DNA from: Eledone cirrhosa
Taxonomy: Eukaryota
Length of the DNA: 64,000 bases
NCBI GenBank assembly: GCA_964016885.1
Contig: OZ024744.1
Location: forward strand, 95,170,001 to 95,234,000
Direction of reading: 5' to 3'
The notes beneath the pieces are model-generated. The model was not told where the DNA came from and did not search any database. It saw only the letters and a program-made list of their open reading frames with translations. Position numbers and translations under genes: made by a program. How positions within the stretch are numbered: the stretch's first letter is position 1; each line of letters starts with the position of its first letter. Below are positions 49,690-61,386 of this stretch, piece after piece.

Positions 49690-50122
49690 GGAGGCACATG
49701 ACTTAATGGTTAGTGCATTGGCCTTGCAATCAAAAGGTTGTGAGTTCAATTCTCGGACCGGGTGATGTGTTGTTTCCTTGAGCAAGACACTTTATTTCAC
49801 ATTGCTCCAGTTTACTCACCTGTAGAAATGAGATGATAGGGACTGGGGTCCCTATCATTCCACTGCAAAGTGGTCGTGGAAGTGCCACGGCTAAAAAGTA
49901 CCCAGCCCACACTGTAAAGTGGACGTTTAGGCACCACGGAAAAAGAAAAGCACCCAGCACTCACTGTAAATGAGGTTGGTGGTAGGAAGGGCATCCAGCT
50001 GTAGAAATCAAGCCAGAATCAGTTTCCCGTATGAGCAAGACAAGGTCAGTCGACCGGACACTGCCCACAACAGGACAACCCGCCTACCCATGGAAGAGCG
50101 GACGTAAAACGATGATGATGAT
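49690..50122 (+). mobile_element. Second copy of the same SINE (long-tail form)
   Basis: Same head and body; tail collinear with RTE 3'UTR 36940-37214. Confidence 0.85.
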
Positions 50123-50289
50123 ATATAGATACCAGTATATATATATATATATTTATTTAGGTTAAAATGTGTGGTTATGAGAATAGATCGTGCTGGGAAA
50201 TTATAGATTCTAGAGGTGTTGTTAATGAACACTTTACATAATAGTATTAGTTACCTGAGAGGTATCAGGTTGACCGAAACCATGTGTTG

Positions 50290-50320
<31 letters not shown>

Positions 50321-51189
50321 CGCTTAGTAAAAATTTTGAGGTTAAACAAAGCAGGTTGAGTTATACATATCTGGAATATTGTCTGAGTCTGGGAGTGGGG
50401 GCAGGGACAGAGAATGAATACATACCAAAAATTGTCAAGTCATTGTCTCTTTAAAACATTTCTGTCAGTTGTGTAATAAGGTCATTTATGCCTTTCTTAT
50501 AGAATTCAATATTCCCTGAGTCAATAAACTATTTATAATAAACTTCTACAACTGTTGAAACGTCACATTCACAAACGCCCCCCCCCCCCCCCACACACAC
50601 ACAATAAATAAATAAATAAACTGAAGAAAATAACAGTTGGATATTTAATGAAATCACTTGACCTTTAACTCTACAAAATACTTCAGCAATGCTGGTATAG
50701 TCACTGCCTCCGTCTCTCTCTCACTCTCCCCATCTCCCACTATTATAAGCCAATCGGAGCCCACACGCTGGCTGGCTGCCTTGTGGCTCCAGTGGAGAGA
50801 ATAGTGAAGGCATTTTCCCAGAGGATGGTGAGGGAGACACGTTGGAAGAGCCAATCCTGCTTGCGAGGCTCACACCTTTGTGTAGTCAACTGTGTGCCAA
50901 TGGCGGTGAATAGGGGGGTGGTCCTGGAGCCAAGGTTGAAACTATTTTATACTTTGTATAGCTGTCAAGATGTTTGAAAAATCATAGTCAGTACGAGAAC
51001 ATGGATGGTGAAGCAAAAGTTTTGATTCCCAAATTGTTTAATTTTATCTACATTACTCTTGCAGTATATGGGGAAGCATTATCAAGGATTAGGCCATGTC
51101 TGTTGACCAAGATAGGTTGTTTTTTGACGCATCTTTCTCTGCATTTCCTCAAACTGCCAATAATATCTTTAAGGTGGTAATTGTTTCTC

Positions 51190-51585
51190 CATTGTTTTGA
51201 AGTAGTCTCTCCAGGTGGAGCCGATACTTCTCCGCTATTGAGAGATCACAGCTCCGATACTGTGGGCATGGGGTTAGAATGTCTCGGGAAATCAGGAAAG
51301 AATCATCGGGCAGATTTTTATGGGCAAAAACCAACCAGCAGGAGACACGGGGGGGGGGGGGGGGGGGTAGACTCCAAGCAAGATGGTTGGATAACATCCA
51401 TGAGCTCTGCTGGTCTGGCTTAGGGGATCCAGCTGGATCAGTTTGAGATGGTTACTTCCAACAGGACCTACTGGAAGGAGTGTTTGAGGACTCTGTTCCC
51501 ACAACCTTCTCAGGAATAAGTAGGCGACGTAGAAGAAGGAGGCGGTGGAGGAGGAGGAGGAGGAGGAGGAGGAGGAGAAGAAGAA
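51190..51585 (+). mobile_element. Decayed RTE-clade 3' fragment with (AGG/AGA)n tail
   Basis: IERSQLRYCGH.VRM and SRR..G...RWLDNI motifs across frameshifts. Confidence 0.65.
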
Positions 51586-51764
51586 TTATTTCTCCTGGTT
51601 TTCAAGAAACTGCAGTGAACCATTCCTTCAACAGTCCTCCTTACTGTCACCATGAGTTGTTTTGGTGTAACTAACTCAAGTTTTGGGAAATGCTTTGGTT
51701 CTTTGTTGTTGTCGTGCCACTGAACAGCTCTCTTATCATCTCTCTCATTATATGATAGAGAATC

Positions 51765-52250
51765 GGTGGATTGGCAGTAATCAGTAGTGCATCGGTCAAC
51801 ATGCTTTGCTGCATATAGTTACATTCCTTTACGTTCTGAAGTCAAATCCCACCGAGATTATCTTTACTGTTCATACTTTCGGGGGTTGGGTTGATAAAAT
51901 AGAGTACCAGTAATGCATAGGGGTTGATTTCATTGACTTCCCCACACCCCACAAATTTTTTTCGGCGGGGGGGGGGGGGGGGGCTTGTGCCTAAATCAGA
52001 AACCATTAAGTTTTAGAGAATTGGTGGATTTGCAGTATCAGTAGAGCATTGGACAACATGCTTTGTGGCATAGAGTTATACTCCTTTATGTTCTGAGTTT
52101 AAATCCTGCCGAGGTTAGCTTTGCCTTTCATCCTTTCAATGGGAGGGTTGGTCGATAAAATAAAGTGCCAGTAATGAACAGGAGTCGATTTAATTGACTG
52201 CCCCCACAAAAAACAAAAAATGTTGACCTTGTGCCTAAATCAGGGACCAC
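51765..52250 (+). mobile_element. Two tandem Deu/Nin-like SINE copies
   Basis: GGTGGATT.GCAGTA.CAGTAG...CTGA.T..AAATCC..CCGAG..TTCAT.CTTTC..GATAAAAT..AGT.CCAGT...CTTGTGCCTAAATCAG occurs twice (~51765 and ~52023). Confidence 0.75.
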
Positions 52251-52305
52251 TTTTTATTACATGTTACAATGTGTTTGAGGAACACGATCATTTTCCTCAG
52301 AACGT

Positions 52306-53380
52306 AGAGACTCTCTATCACCTGAGGTAATGTTGTGTCTTGTCTCAGGTATATGAGAAGTCAACACCAACATTCCCTGTTGTGGTGTGTAATTGAGAGA
52401 CTCTCTATCACCTGAGGTAATGTTGTGTCTTGTCTCAGATCTATATAGAAGTCAACACCAACATTCCCTGTTGTGGTGTGTAATTGAGAGACTCTCTATC
52501 ACCTGAGGTAATGTTGTGTCTTGTCTCAGATCTATGAGAGGTCAACACCAACATTCCCTGTTGTGATGTGTAATTGAGATACTATCACCTGAGGTAATGT
52601 TGTGTCTTGTCTCAGATCTATGAGAAGTCAACACCAACATTCCCTGTTGTGATGTGTAATTGAGAGACTCTCTATCACCTGAGGTAATGTTGTGTCTTGT
52701 CTCAGATCTATGAGAAGTCAACACCAACATTCCCTGTTGTGATGTGTAATTGAGAGACTCTCTATCACCTGAGGTAATGTTGTGTCTTGTCTCAGATCTA
52801 TGAGAAGTCAACACCAACATTCCCTGATGTGATGTGTAATTGAGAGACTCTCTATCACCTGAGGTAATGTTGTGTCTTGTCTCAGATCTATGAGAAGTCA
52901 ACACCAACATTCCCTGTTGTGGTGTGTAATTGAGAGACTCTATCACCTCAGGTAATGTTGTGTCTTGTCTCAGATCTATGAGAAGTCAACACCAACATTC
53001 CCTGTTGTGGTGTGTAATTGAGAGACTCTCTATCACCTCAGGTAATGTTGTGTCTTGTCTCAGATCTATGAGAAGTCAACACCAACATTCCCTGTTGTGG
53101 TGTGTAATTGAGAGACTCTCTATCACCTGAGGTAATGTTGTGTCTTGTCTCAGATCTATGAGAAGTCAACACCAACATTCCCTGTTGTGGTGTGTAATTG
53201 AGAGACTCTCTATCACCTCAGGTAATGTTGTGTCTTGTCTCAGATCTATGAGAAGTCAACACCAACATTCCCTGTTGTGGTGTGTAATTGAGAGACTCTC
53301 TATCACCTGAGGTAATGTTGTGTCTTGTCTCAGATCTATGAGAAGTCAACACCAACATTCCCTGTTGTGGTATGTGATTG
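52306..53380. repeat. 90-bp minisatellite, ~12 copies
   Basis: Unit GAGAGACTCTCTATCACCT(G/C)AGGTAATGTTGTGTCTTGTCTCAGATCTATGAGAAGTCAACACCAACATTCCCTGTTGTG(G/A)TGTGTAATT. Confidence 0.97.
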
Positions 53381-53389
53381 ATGCAAACT

Positions 53390-53745
53390 ATATGTTGAAA
53401 AAAAGCTTGCGTTGTATTTTCTGGATCTCTGTCAATTCATGTGGAACACTCTATCCGTCTGCCTTATCTTTCCAATTGCCGTGAATTATCTGTTTAGATT
53501 TTCCGATACTTTTCCGGCTACTATTGGAAGTTCTGTCTCTCCGGCGTCCCTGAGAGTGCTGTCTCATCGAGGGATCGCTTTCTTCCTGTTAGCTTAAAGT
53601 CATTCAGACTTTTGTCATGATGCTGAATCTGTTCAAACTAGCTCTGCACTGTGCACACACCAACAGAACCTTTCACCAAATGCATTATTGATGTTTGCTG
53701 CAGTTTCAGAACAGCTGTTTTTCTCTGCTTGTATTTATAACGAAA
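53390..53745 (-). pseudogene. Mariner transposase relic (N-terminal HTH region to WVPHEL motif)
   Basis: Minus-strand peptides ETAANINNAFGE, TVQS*FEQI..HDKSLND and VPHELTEIQKIQR (VPHEL at 53433-53447), with frameshifts. Confidence 0.75.
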
Positions 53746-53761
53746 AATTACACAGGATTAG

Positions 53762-53859
53762 TATATAAATATATAAATATATATATATATATATACATGT
53801 ACATACATACATGTACATACATACATGCTAGCGTGGAAGATGACGTTAAATAATGATGA

Positions 53860-53957
<98 letters not shown>

Positions 53958-53958
53958 G

Positions 53959-53998
<40 letters not shown>

Positions 53999-54093
53999 TG
54001 TATAAATATATATATACATACATACACAAATATATACATATATATATATATGTGTGATATATATATATATATATATATATAATTGTGTGTTTG

Positions 54094-54162
<69 letters not shown>

Positions 54163-54185
54163 ATATATATATACATATATATATG

Positions 54186-54257
<72 letters not shown>

Positions 54258-54297
54258 CATACACACACGCACATATATATATATATATATATATATC
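53762..54297. repeat. (TA)n-rich microsatellite containing a ~40-bp RTE 3' terminus (53824-53863)
   Basis: CATGCTAGCGTGGAAGATGACGTTAAATAATGATGATGAT embedded in TA repeats. Confidence 0.9.
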
Positions 54298-54885
54298 CAT
54301 TCTGTGTTAGGACTATATTGATTGAACAGCACTTATTAAAGCAAATAATCTGGAATAAAGAATAGAGATAGATTATGAAGTTGTTGTCCAACAAAAAGTT
54401 CATAGCATGGTGCACACATTAAAAATAAAAATGATATTGAACATTGTTAACGTCGTCGGAAAAAAAGAAAGAAACAAACAAAAAAATAGTTTGTTAATGG
54501 TGTTTTCTTGGTGACTCCATCAATATTAATACTGTATTCTTTTATGTTGAAATGGTCTGCTTTTCTCTATTTCAAAGGTATATGCTTTTGTCGTGCATGT
54601 AAACTGCATTTTAAAATCTCGACTTTCATGAAATCAACACATTTTATTGAAGAAGTTGATTAGAAGTATTGGTGGAACGTCGGACAACATGATTTGTGAC
54701 ATATAGCTACGGCCCTTTACGTTCTGAGTTCAAATCCTGTGTAGGAAATGATTTTCTTTTCCATTTGAGGATCCAGATATATTGATAATTAACATACATA
54801 GGGATATTTTCATTTATTTTATTATATTTTTACCTTTCCTTTTGTTGTTTTAGAATGTTGCTTGTAGACAGATTTAATTCCACTT

Positions 54886-55175
54886 AATAATAATAATAAT
54901 AATAATAATAATGAAATTATTGTGTACAGTGCTCAGGTGCACTACAACTCGTCAAAGGTGCATGTATAGTACATAGAATAATATACAAATGTCAAGGAAG
55001 TGAATAGTGTATGAGTCATGATATACATGTGTGTATGTGTATGGAGGGGGAACACTAGGTGTAGTGTTGGCGAATCTCGGGAAGCATGGAGATTTTAAAG
55101 GATGCAGTGTCTCGACAGCTAACAACTGATGCAGGGAGTTTGTTCCATGCTTCAGCAACTCTGAGCGTGAAAAAA
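54886..55175 (-). mobile_element. CR1-clade LINE 3' end with (ATT)n tail
   Basis: FFTLRVAEAWNKLPASVVSC on -, near-identical to 57910-57985; (TAA)n at 54886-54912. Confidence 0.8.
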
Positions 55176-55554
55176 AAAAAATATATATATATATATATAT
55201 CTTACTAAAATAGTAATTTTCTATATTTGGTGAAACATATATAAAACAAACAAAATGGTATAATTCTCCCTGAGTCCTTGGTTTTATTGTTATTTGTTAT
55301 AAATAAATATCAGGAACGTATGGAATGGGGATCAGCTCAGAAAAGAACATGATTCTGGTTAATAGTGATAATCAGAATATAGCAACCAACATCATGTAAA
55401 TAGTGTTTGAGATATTTGTGTTTTGTAGAAGAACAAGATTTGTGGTTTATGTGTTTGTCGGATGTGGACCAGTTTAGACAAAAGTCTATGAATGTTTGTG
55501 AAAAAGAAGAACAAATATCCAGCAGATTTAATGTTTTGTAACTTTGTCTTGAAG

Positions 55555-55725
55555 GGGACGAATTGGCAGCATTGTTAGAATATCAGAGAGAATACTTTGC
55601 AGTATTGATTCAGGGTCTCTGCTGACTGAATTCAAATCCTGATGAGGTCAACTTTACCTTTCATTCATTCAAGGTTGATAAAAAAGGTACCAGTCTAGTA
55701 CTGGGGGGGGGGGGGGGGGGGTCGA
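55555..55725 (+). mobile_element. Degenerate Deu/Nin-like SINE
   Basis: TTCAAATCC...GAGGTCAACTTT.CCTTTCAT...GTTGATAAA..GTACCAGT. Confidence 0.65.
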
Positions 55726-56171
55726 TTCTTCCATTATATCTCTTTCTCATTTCCTCTCTCTGTCACTTTCTATCTTTCTCTGGAAGAAATCTGTGTTCAG
55801 TGCTGGAAAGAGATGCCATATGTCACTACGATGCCACTACAACTCCATCACGAGATATGGGACCATCCATCCAACTTTTGTCTTCCCAATGGATGGAAAT
55901 ATTGCAATTTACTATGAGTTCTTTCACTTTATCTCTCTTTATTTGCTTCCTTCCTTCCTTCTTTTCTTCCTTTCTTTCTTTCTGTTGGATGCAATGTAGT
56001 TGCTCAACTTGCTAGAAATAACAACTAATCTCCCTCATATCACATCTTCTACCATCTTTAACCTTTTTGACACCTTATTTTTAATGAAAGACCTTGCCTA
56101 TAATTTTTTAATAATTTTGAACATAATAAAAATTGGGGAGATTTAGTAATATTAATTGTTTTATTATTATT

Positions 56172-56318
56172 ACGCCATGCTTTCTAGCATAGTTACGTCC
56201 CTTTACAGTCTGAGTTCAAATCCCGCCGAGGTTAACTTTACCTTTCATCCTTACGGGGTCGATAAAATAAAATACCAGTAATGCACTGGGTAATTGCTGG
56301 CCTTGAGCAACAATTATT
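56172..56318 (+). mobile_element. Deu/Nin-like SINE (5'-truncated)
   Basis: Near-identical to 60780-60935. Confidence 0.85.
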
Positions 56319-56407
56319 AAGCAGGTATTTGGAACATAATTTAATGAAAGTTCTTACAGAAAATGATTTAGATAAATATAAATACTTTAAACCTTTCATT
56401 ACCATAT

Positions 56408-56583
56408 TAATAATTGTTTCTACTTTAGGCACAAGGCCAGCAATTATCCAGTGCATTACTGGTACTTTATTTTATTGACCCCGTAAGGATGAAAGGCAAA
56501 GTTAACCTCGGCAGGATTTGAACTCAAAACGAAAAGGGCCATAACTCTATGCTGCAAAGCATGGTGTCTGACACTCTACCAAT
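56408..56583 (-). mobile_element. Deu/Nin-like SINE, inverted relative to 56172-56318
   Basis: Reverse complement of the same consensus, ~90 bp from its neighbour. Confidence 0.85.
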
Positions 56584-56707
56584 GAAAGATAGTACCTATA
56601 ATTTTGAAAACTAGGATTTTTTTCAACATGCTGATGCATATGTGTATGTGTAAATGTGTGTGTGTGTATGTGTATATGTGCATATGAATACATTTATATG
56701 CATGAGT

Positions 56708-57196
56708 ATCATCATCATCATCATCTTCGTTTAACATCCATTTTCCACGCTAGCATGGGTTAGACGGGAGTTGTCCCACTTGAGGCAAGGCTGTTTGGGT
56801 GACCGTGTCTCGCTCATATAGGACTATCTTGCAGGTTTTCTACGGCGGGATGCCCTTCCTAACACCAACCACATTTACAGTGTGGAACTGGGAACTTTTT
56901 ACCGTGTTACCTACACGGCCACATTACAGTGTGGACTGTGTGTTTTTTTTGTCGTGACACCTACACGATCTCGATCTCATTATCTCGTGCTGTTGGTGGG
57001 AGTGGGAGGATAGGGTAGGGGTAGTGGATTGGGGTGTATATTTGGTTAAGAGGTGCCTACTGACTGTAGGTTTCGCTTTGTACATAAGCAAGGCGGGTCT
57101 TCTGTATTGCTGCGTAGCGCCAAAGATCTCGGTCCAGAGACATTGTCTTAGAGAGGTGTAAGTGTGTAAGGTCGGAATTTATCAGATCATCCCAGG
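56708..57196 (-). mobile_element. RTE LINE 3' fragment, same subfamily as 6849-8215
   Basis: Reverse complement is collinear with 7694-8215, including the subfamily-specific UTR (GTAGGCACCTCTTAACCAAATATACACCCC). Confidence 0.9.
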
Positions 57197-57529
57197 AAAT
57201 ATAAACGTGCAAACACAGACACACTTACAAAAATACACACTCACAGACATACATTCAGACAATTACATACATACATTCATATAAACACACATACATTCAC
57301 ACAAACACACAAACACACACACACATTTACACAATCACACACACACACACACACACATACTCACAGCCATCATAGCAAATGGAATGCCAGCTGCTGTTTT
57401 GCTATAGTTTTTTCACCATCCCCTTTCTTCCTTTTACACACACATACTTTCACTCAAACACATACACACACATTGGAAGTTACTCAAATTTATATATAGA
57501 TACATAATTTTTTTTTATTATTAAGCTGG

Positions 57530-57712
57530 GGTGGATTGGCAATATCGGTAGAGGGTCGGATGCCATGCTTTCCAGCATAGTTACGTCCCTTTACGACCTG
57601 AGTTCAAATCCCGCCGAGGTTGACTTTGCCTTTCATCCTTACGGGGTCGATAAAATAAAGTGCCAGTGGGATAATTGCTGGCCTTGTGCCAAAAGTAGAA
57701 ACAATTATTATT
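57530..57712 (+). mobile_element. Deu/Nin-like SINE, full length
   Basis: GGTGGATTGGCA...GAGTTCAAATCCCGCCGAGG...GGGGTCGATAAAATAAAGT...GTAGAAACAATTATTA. Confidence 0.85.
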
Positions 57713-57888
57713 AAGCTGGTGTTTGGAACATAATTTAATGAAAGTTCTTACAGAAAATGATGGTGTAAAGGTTTTAGATAATATGAATACTTTAAACCTT
57801 TCATTAACATATTTATAATGAAAAACACCACCTATAATTTTGAAAATAGTCAAGAATTTGAGATTTTATAATATAGCTAACTTCCTTA

Positions 57889-58445
57889 GAAGCATGGAGG
57901 GTTTTGAAGGATGCAGTGTCTCAACAGCTAACAACTGATGCAGGTAGTTTGTTCCATGCTTCAGCAACTCTGAGCATGAAAAAATGTTTCCAAAAGTCAT
58001 GGGAGCTGTGCTGTTTTCTGATTTTGTAAACATTTCCACGGGTGTTAGACATATGGAATTCAAAAATGTGCTCAGGGTTGTTGTTGGAAAAAAGGTTAAT
58101 AATTTTGTGGATGTCTACCATGTCAGTTGCCAGACATTGGAGCTTTAATGTATCCATGCCCAGGGAAGCTAAGCGAGGGCTGGATAAGGCTGTGAGAGTT
58201 CCTGAAGTTCCAGAGTGTTTCTCTGACACAGGACTCCATCAGTTTGGTGATGCAGCTAGTAAGACTGATTGGACAATAGTTGACAGGCGACGTGTGATTT
58301 TGAAAGCATGTCCACGGATGTTAGACACAAGGAATTCAAAAAGGTGCCCAGGGTTGTTATTGAAGAAAGACGAGAGACAGCGTGTTTCAATGGTAATTGA
58401 TGTATCAGATGCATTACTTCAGAATGTATAAATTCTTCAAAATAA
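57889..58445 (-). mobile_element. CR1-clade LINE fragments (two C-terminal pieces)
   Basis: LASLGMDTL...DIHKII...TRGNVYKI...FFMLRVAEAWNKLP; second piece with TRGHAFKI at ~58290-58445. Confidence 0.75.
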
Positions 58446-58689
58446 TTGATTTTGTTGTTGATAGGCTTTCACATCAATTTTCGACTGTCAGAGACATTTG
58501 TGGAATATTTCATTTATTTATTTATTATTATTATTGTTTTTATTTTCTTTCATTATTGTTACTGACACCTAGGGCAAATAAATTTACAGTGTGCTTTGGT
58601 AAGCCAGTTAATACAGCACATTGATTATAATAAAAAAAAACTTTAAAAAAAAACTATACATATATACTCATGTGCATATGCATATGAAG

Positions 58690-60748
58690 AAATATCAATC
58701 TTACAGAGATAGTGTTCTTCTCAATACATGTGCAGTACCAGTCAAAACATTTTTTTGCCCCTCATGCAGAGAGGGCAAACCAGGAATCATTTGCAAATAT
58801 TGTTCTGTTCCTTTCTTGATCATACCCAGTCTTCCCACAATCACTGGTATTGTAACGGCCTTGAGGTGTCATATTTTCTCAATTTCAATAAGCAGATCTT
58901 TATATTTTCGTAGCTTGTCAAACTCTTTTGCCGCGATATTGTGATCACATGGGACGCTCATATCTATCAACAAACAGACCTTGCTATGTTGATCTTTTAC
59001 AATGATGTCAGGTCTATTTGCTTTTATGGTCCTGTCAGTATGTACAGGAAAGTCCCAGAGAATTGTTACTTTTTTTCCTTCAGTCACAGCCTCAGGGTGA
59101 TGGTTGTACCACTTGTCTTCAGCTTTGATTTTGTAATGCCAGTGTAGATATTGGCCAACTCTGTCATGTCTATATTTGTATAGTCTATATTTGTATCAAG
59201 CATGAGATCAGTAGCATATTTTTTGCTCTCCTTCAAGATAGAATGAAGCTTCTTACTTCTCTCATGCTTTTCAACAAGTTTCAGCATACAGTCGTTAGTT
59301 GTTTCAAGCTATTTGGCCAGTCCAATGATGGTGGTCTTGTAAGCAAGTTCAAATTGGATCAGGCCATGGCCTCCCTGAGTTCTAGGAAGGTAAAAACGAT
59401 CCACATCTGCTTTTGTGTGGTGCATCCTACGGACTTTGGTGTCAATTCTTTTGATATCACTCATATTCCAGTTCAACACACCGAAGCTATAAGTGACAAC
59501 TGGGACTGCCAAGGAATTTATGGCTAACACCTTGTTACGAACATTTAGTTCTGATCTCAGAACTACACGTACTCTCCTGTAACATTCTTTCCTTATCCTC
59601 TCTTTCATACTTGCATGCTGTATGCCAGAGCCCTCATTAATCCCTAAGTATTTATAGGTTTGTCCCTGCTCAAGTTCCTTTATGATTGTTTCAGCAGCCA
59701 ATTCAACTGAGTCTGAGTTGACAAGCTTCCCCTTCTTGAAAGTGGCTTTTGCACACTTGTCAAGTCCAAACTCCATCCTGATGTCATCACTAAACGTTTT
59801 TACTGTCCGCAAAATGCCTTCCAGTTCGTCATTATCTTTGCAATATAGCTTCAAATCATCCATATAAAATAGGTGGCTTATTTTTTTGTTGTCAATTCTA
59901 TAACCATACCCTCTTCTATTAAGCTCAGATGTAAGGGGTATTAAAGCTATGCAGAAAAGCAAGGGTGAAAGTGAGTCACCTTGGAATATATCACAGTTGA
60001 TGTTTATATTCCTAGAGCACAGTACCCCAGTGGAATGAGACAATTATAGATTTGTGTTCCATAATGACATATTGTGCTTCAGGAAGTTTGAGATCACAGG
60101 TGAGAATTTGAAGATGTCCACTGGTTTCAGAATCCATGAGTGTGGTATGCTGTCAAAGGCTTTTTTACAATCGATCCATGCAGAACTGAGATTTCTGTGG
60201 TTATTATGACAGCTCTCAAGGATCATATGATTAATCAAAATTTGACCTTTACAACCATATGAACCTCGTCGGCACCCTTTTTGTTCAATGGGGAAAAGAT
60301 TGTTCTCCTCCAAAAACATGTATGCTTTTTCCATGAGAATAGAGGTTAATAGTTTATAAGTGGTGGACAAGCAGGTTATGGGCCGATCGTTTTTTTGATC
60401 TTTGGTTTCGTTGTTCTTTGGTAGAAGGTAGGTAATGCCACTTGCTATCCAATCAGGTGTATTTTTTGGATCTTTCATAATTCCATTAAACAGCTTGACC
60501 AATATATTGTGAGTGCACGGGAGTGAGGAAAGCCAGAAATTTGGCACCCTGTCTCTACCAGGAGATTTCCATTTATGAGATTTATTGAGTGCTGTCCTTA
60601 AGTCCGCTATAGAGATGTCTTCCCACGCCTGTTCTTCTAAATATGTGAAGGATTTTTCCAGGCGACTAATCCAATCTACATTAGCATTATATGTCTTCTC
60701 ATCACTCCAAATCTTACTCCAGAAGTTTTCAACTTCTTCTATGGAATA
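58690..60748 (-). mobile_element. Dong/R4-type non-LTR retrotransposon fragment (RT + restriction-like endonuclease), disrupted
   Basis: [52 protein letters not shown]...NRPDII, LIDMSVP, KYKDL, GTAHVLR; CCHC region appears deleted near 59150. Confidence 0.85.
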
Positions 60749-60749
60749 C

Positions 60750-60930
60750 GGTGGATTGGCAGTATCAGTAGAGAGTCGGACGCCATGCTTTCCAGCATAG
60801 TTACGTCCCTTTACGGTCTGAGTTCAAATCCCACCGAGGTTGACTCTGCCTTTCATCCTTACGGGGTCGATAAAATAAAGTACCAGTAATGCACTGGGTA
60901 ATTGCTGGCCTTGTGCCTAAAGTAGAAACA

Positions 60931-60963
<33 letters not shown>
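60750..60963 (+). mobile_element. Deu/Nin-like SINE, full length, with (TTA)n tail
   Basis: GCCTTTCATCCTTACGGGGTCGATAAAATAAAGTACCAG domain; (TTA)n at 60931-60963. Confidence 0.88.
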
Positions 60964-60964
60964 G

Positions 60965-61380
60965 CGTGGAGGCACATGGCTTATTATATACGTGGAGGCA
61001 CATGGCTTATTATATACGTGGAGGCACATGGCTTATTATATACGTGGAGGCACATGGCTTAGTGGTTAGAGCATTGGCCTTGCAATCGAAAGGTTGTGAG
61101 TTCAATTCTCAGACCGGGTGATGCGTTGTTTCCTTGAGCAAGACACTTTATTTCACATTGCTCCAGTTTACTCAGCTGTAGAAATGAGATGATAGGGACT
61201 GGGGTATCTATTATTCCACTGTAAAGTGGTTGTGGAGGTGCCACGGCAAAAAAGCACTCAGCACTCACTGTAAATGAAGTTGGTGTTAGGAAGGGCATCC
61301 AGCTGTAGAAATCAAGCCAGAATCAGTTCCCGTCCCACCCTTGCAAGCAGGGAAAAAGCGGACGTAAAATGAAATGAAAA
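60965..61380 (+). mobile_element. tRNA/CORE-like/RTE-tail SINE with a triplicated 26-bp 5' stutter
   Basis: CGTGGAGGCACATGGCTTATTATATA x3 (60965, 60991, 61017), then full SINE from 61043. Confidence 0.88.
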
Positions 61381-61386
61381 GGAAAT

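Noticed and set aside
50254-50290. Hammerhead-like CTGAGA-GGT...ACC-GAAAC
   Set aside because: The core lacks one nucleotide of CUGANGA, and I could not form a convincing stem I/III with a valid UH site.
53748-54415. Tyr/Ile-rich ORFs
   Set aside because: (TA)n microsatellite translations.
61046-61120. tRNA gene
   Set aside because: A and B boxes are present but the anticodon and acceptor stems do not pair properly, and the sequence continues into a SINE body; same at 49288 and 49690.
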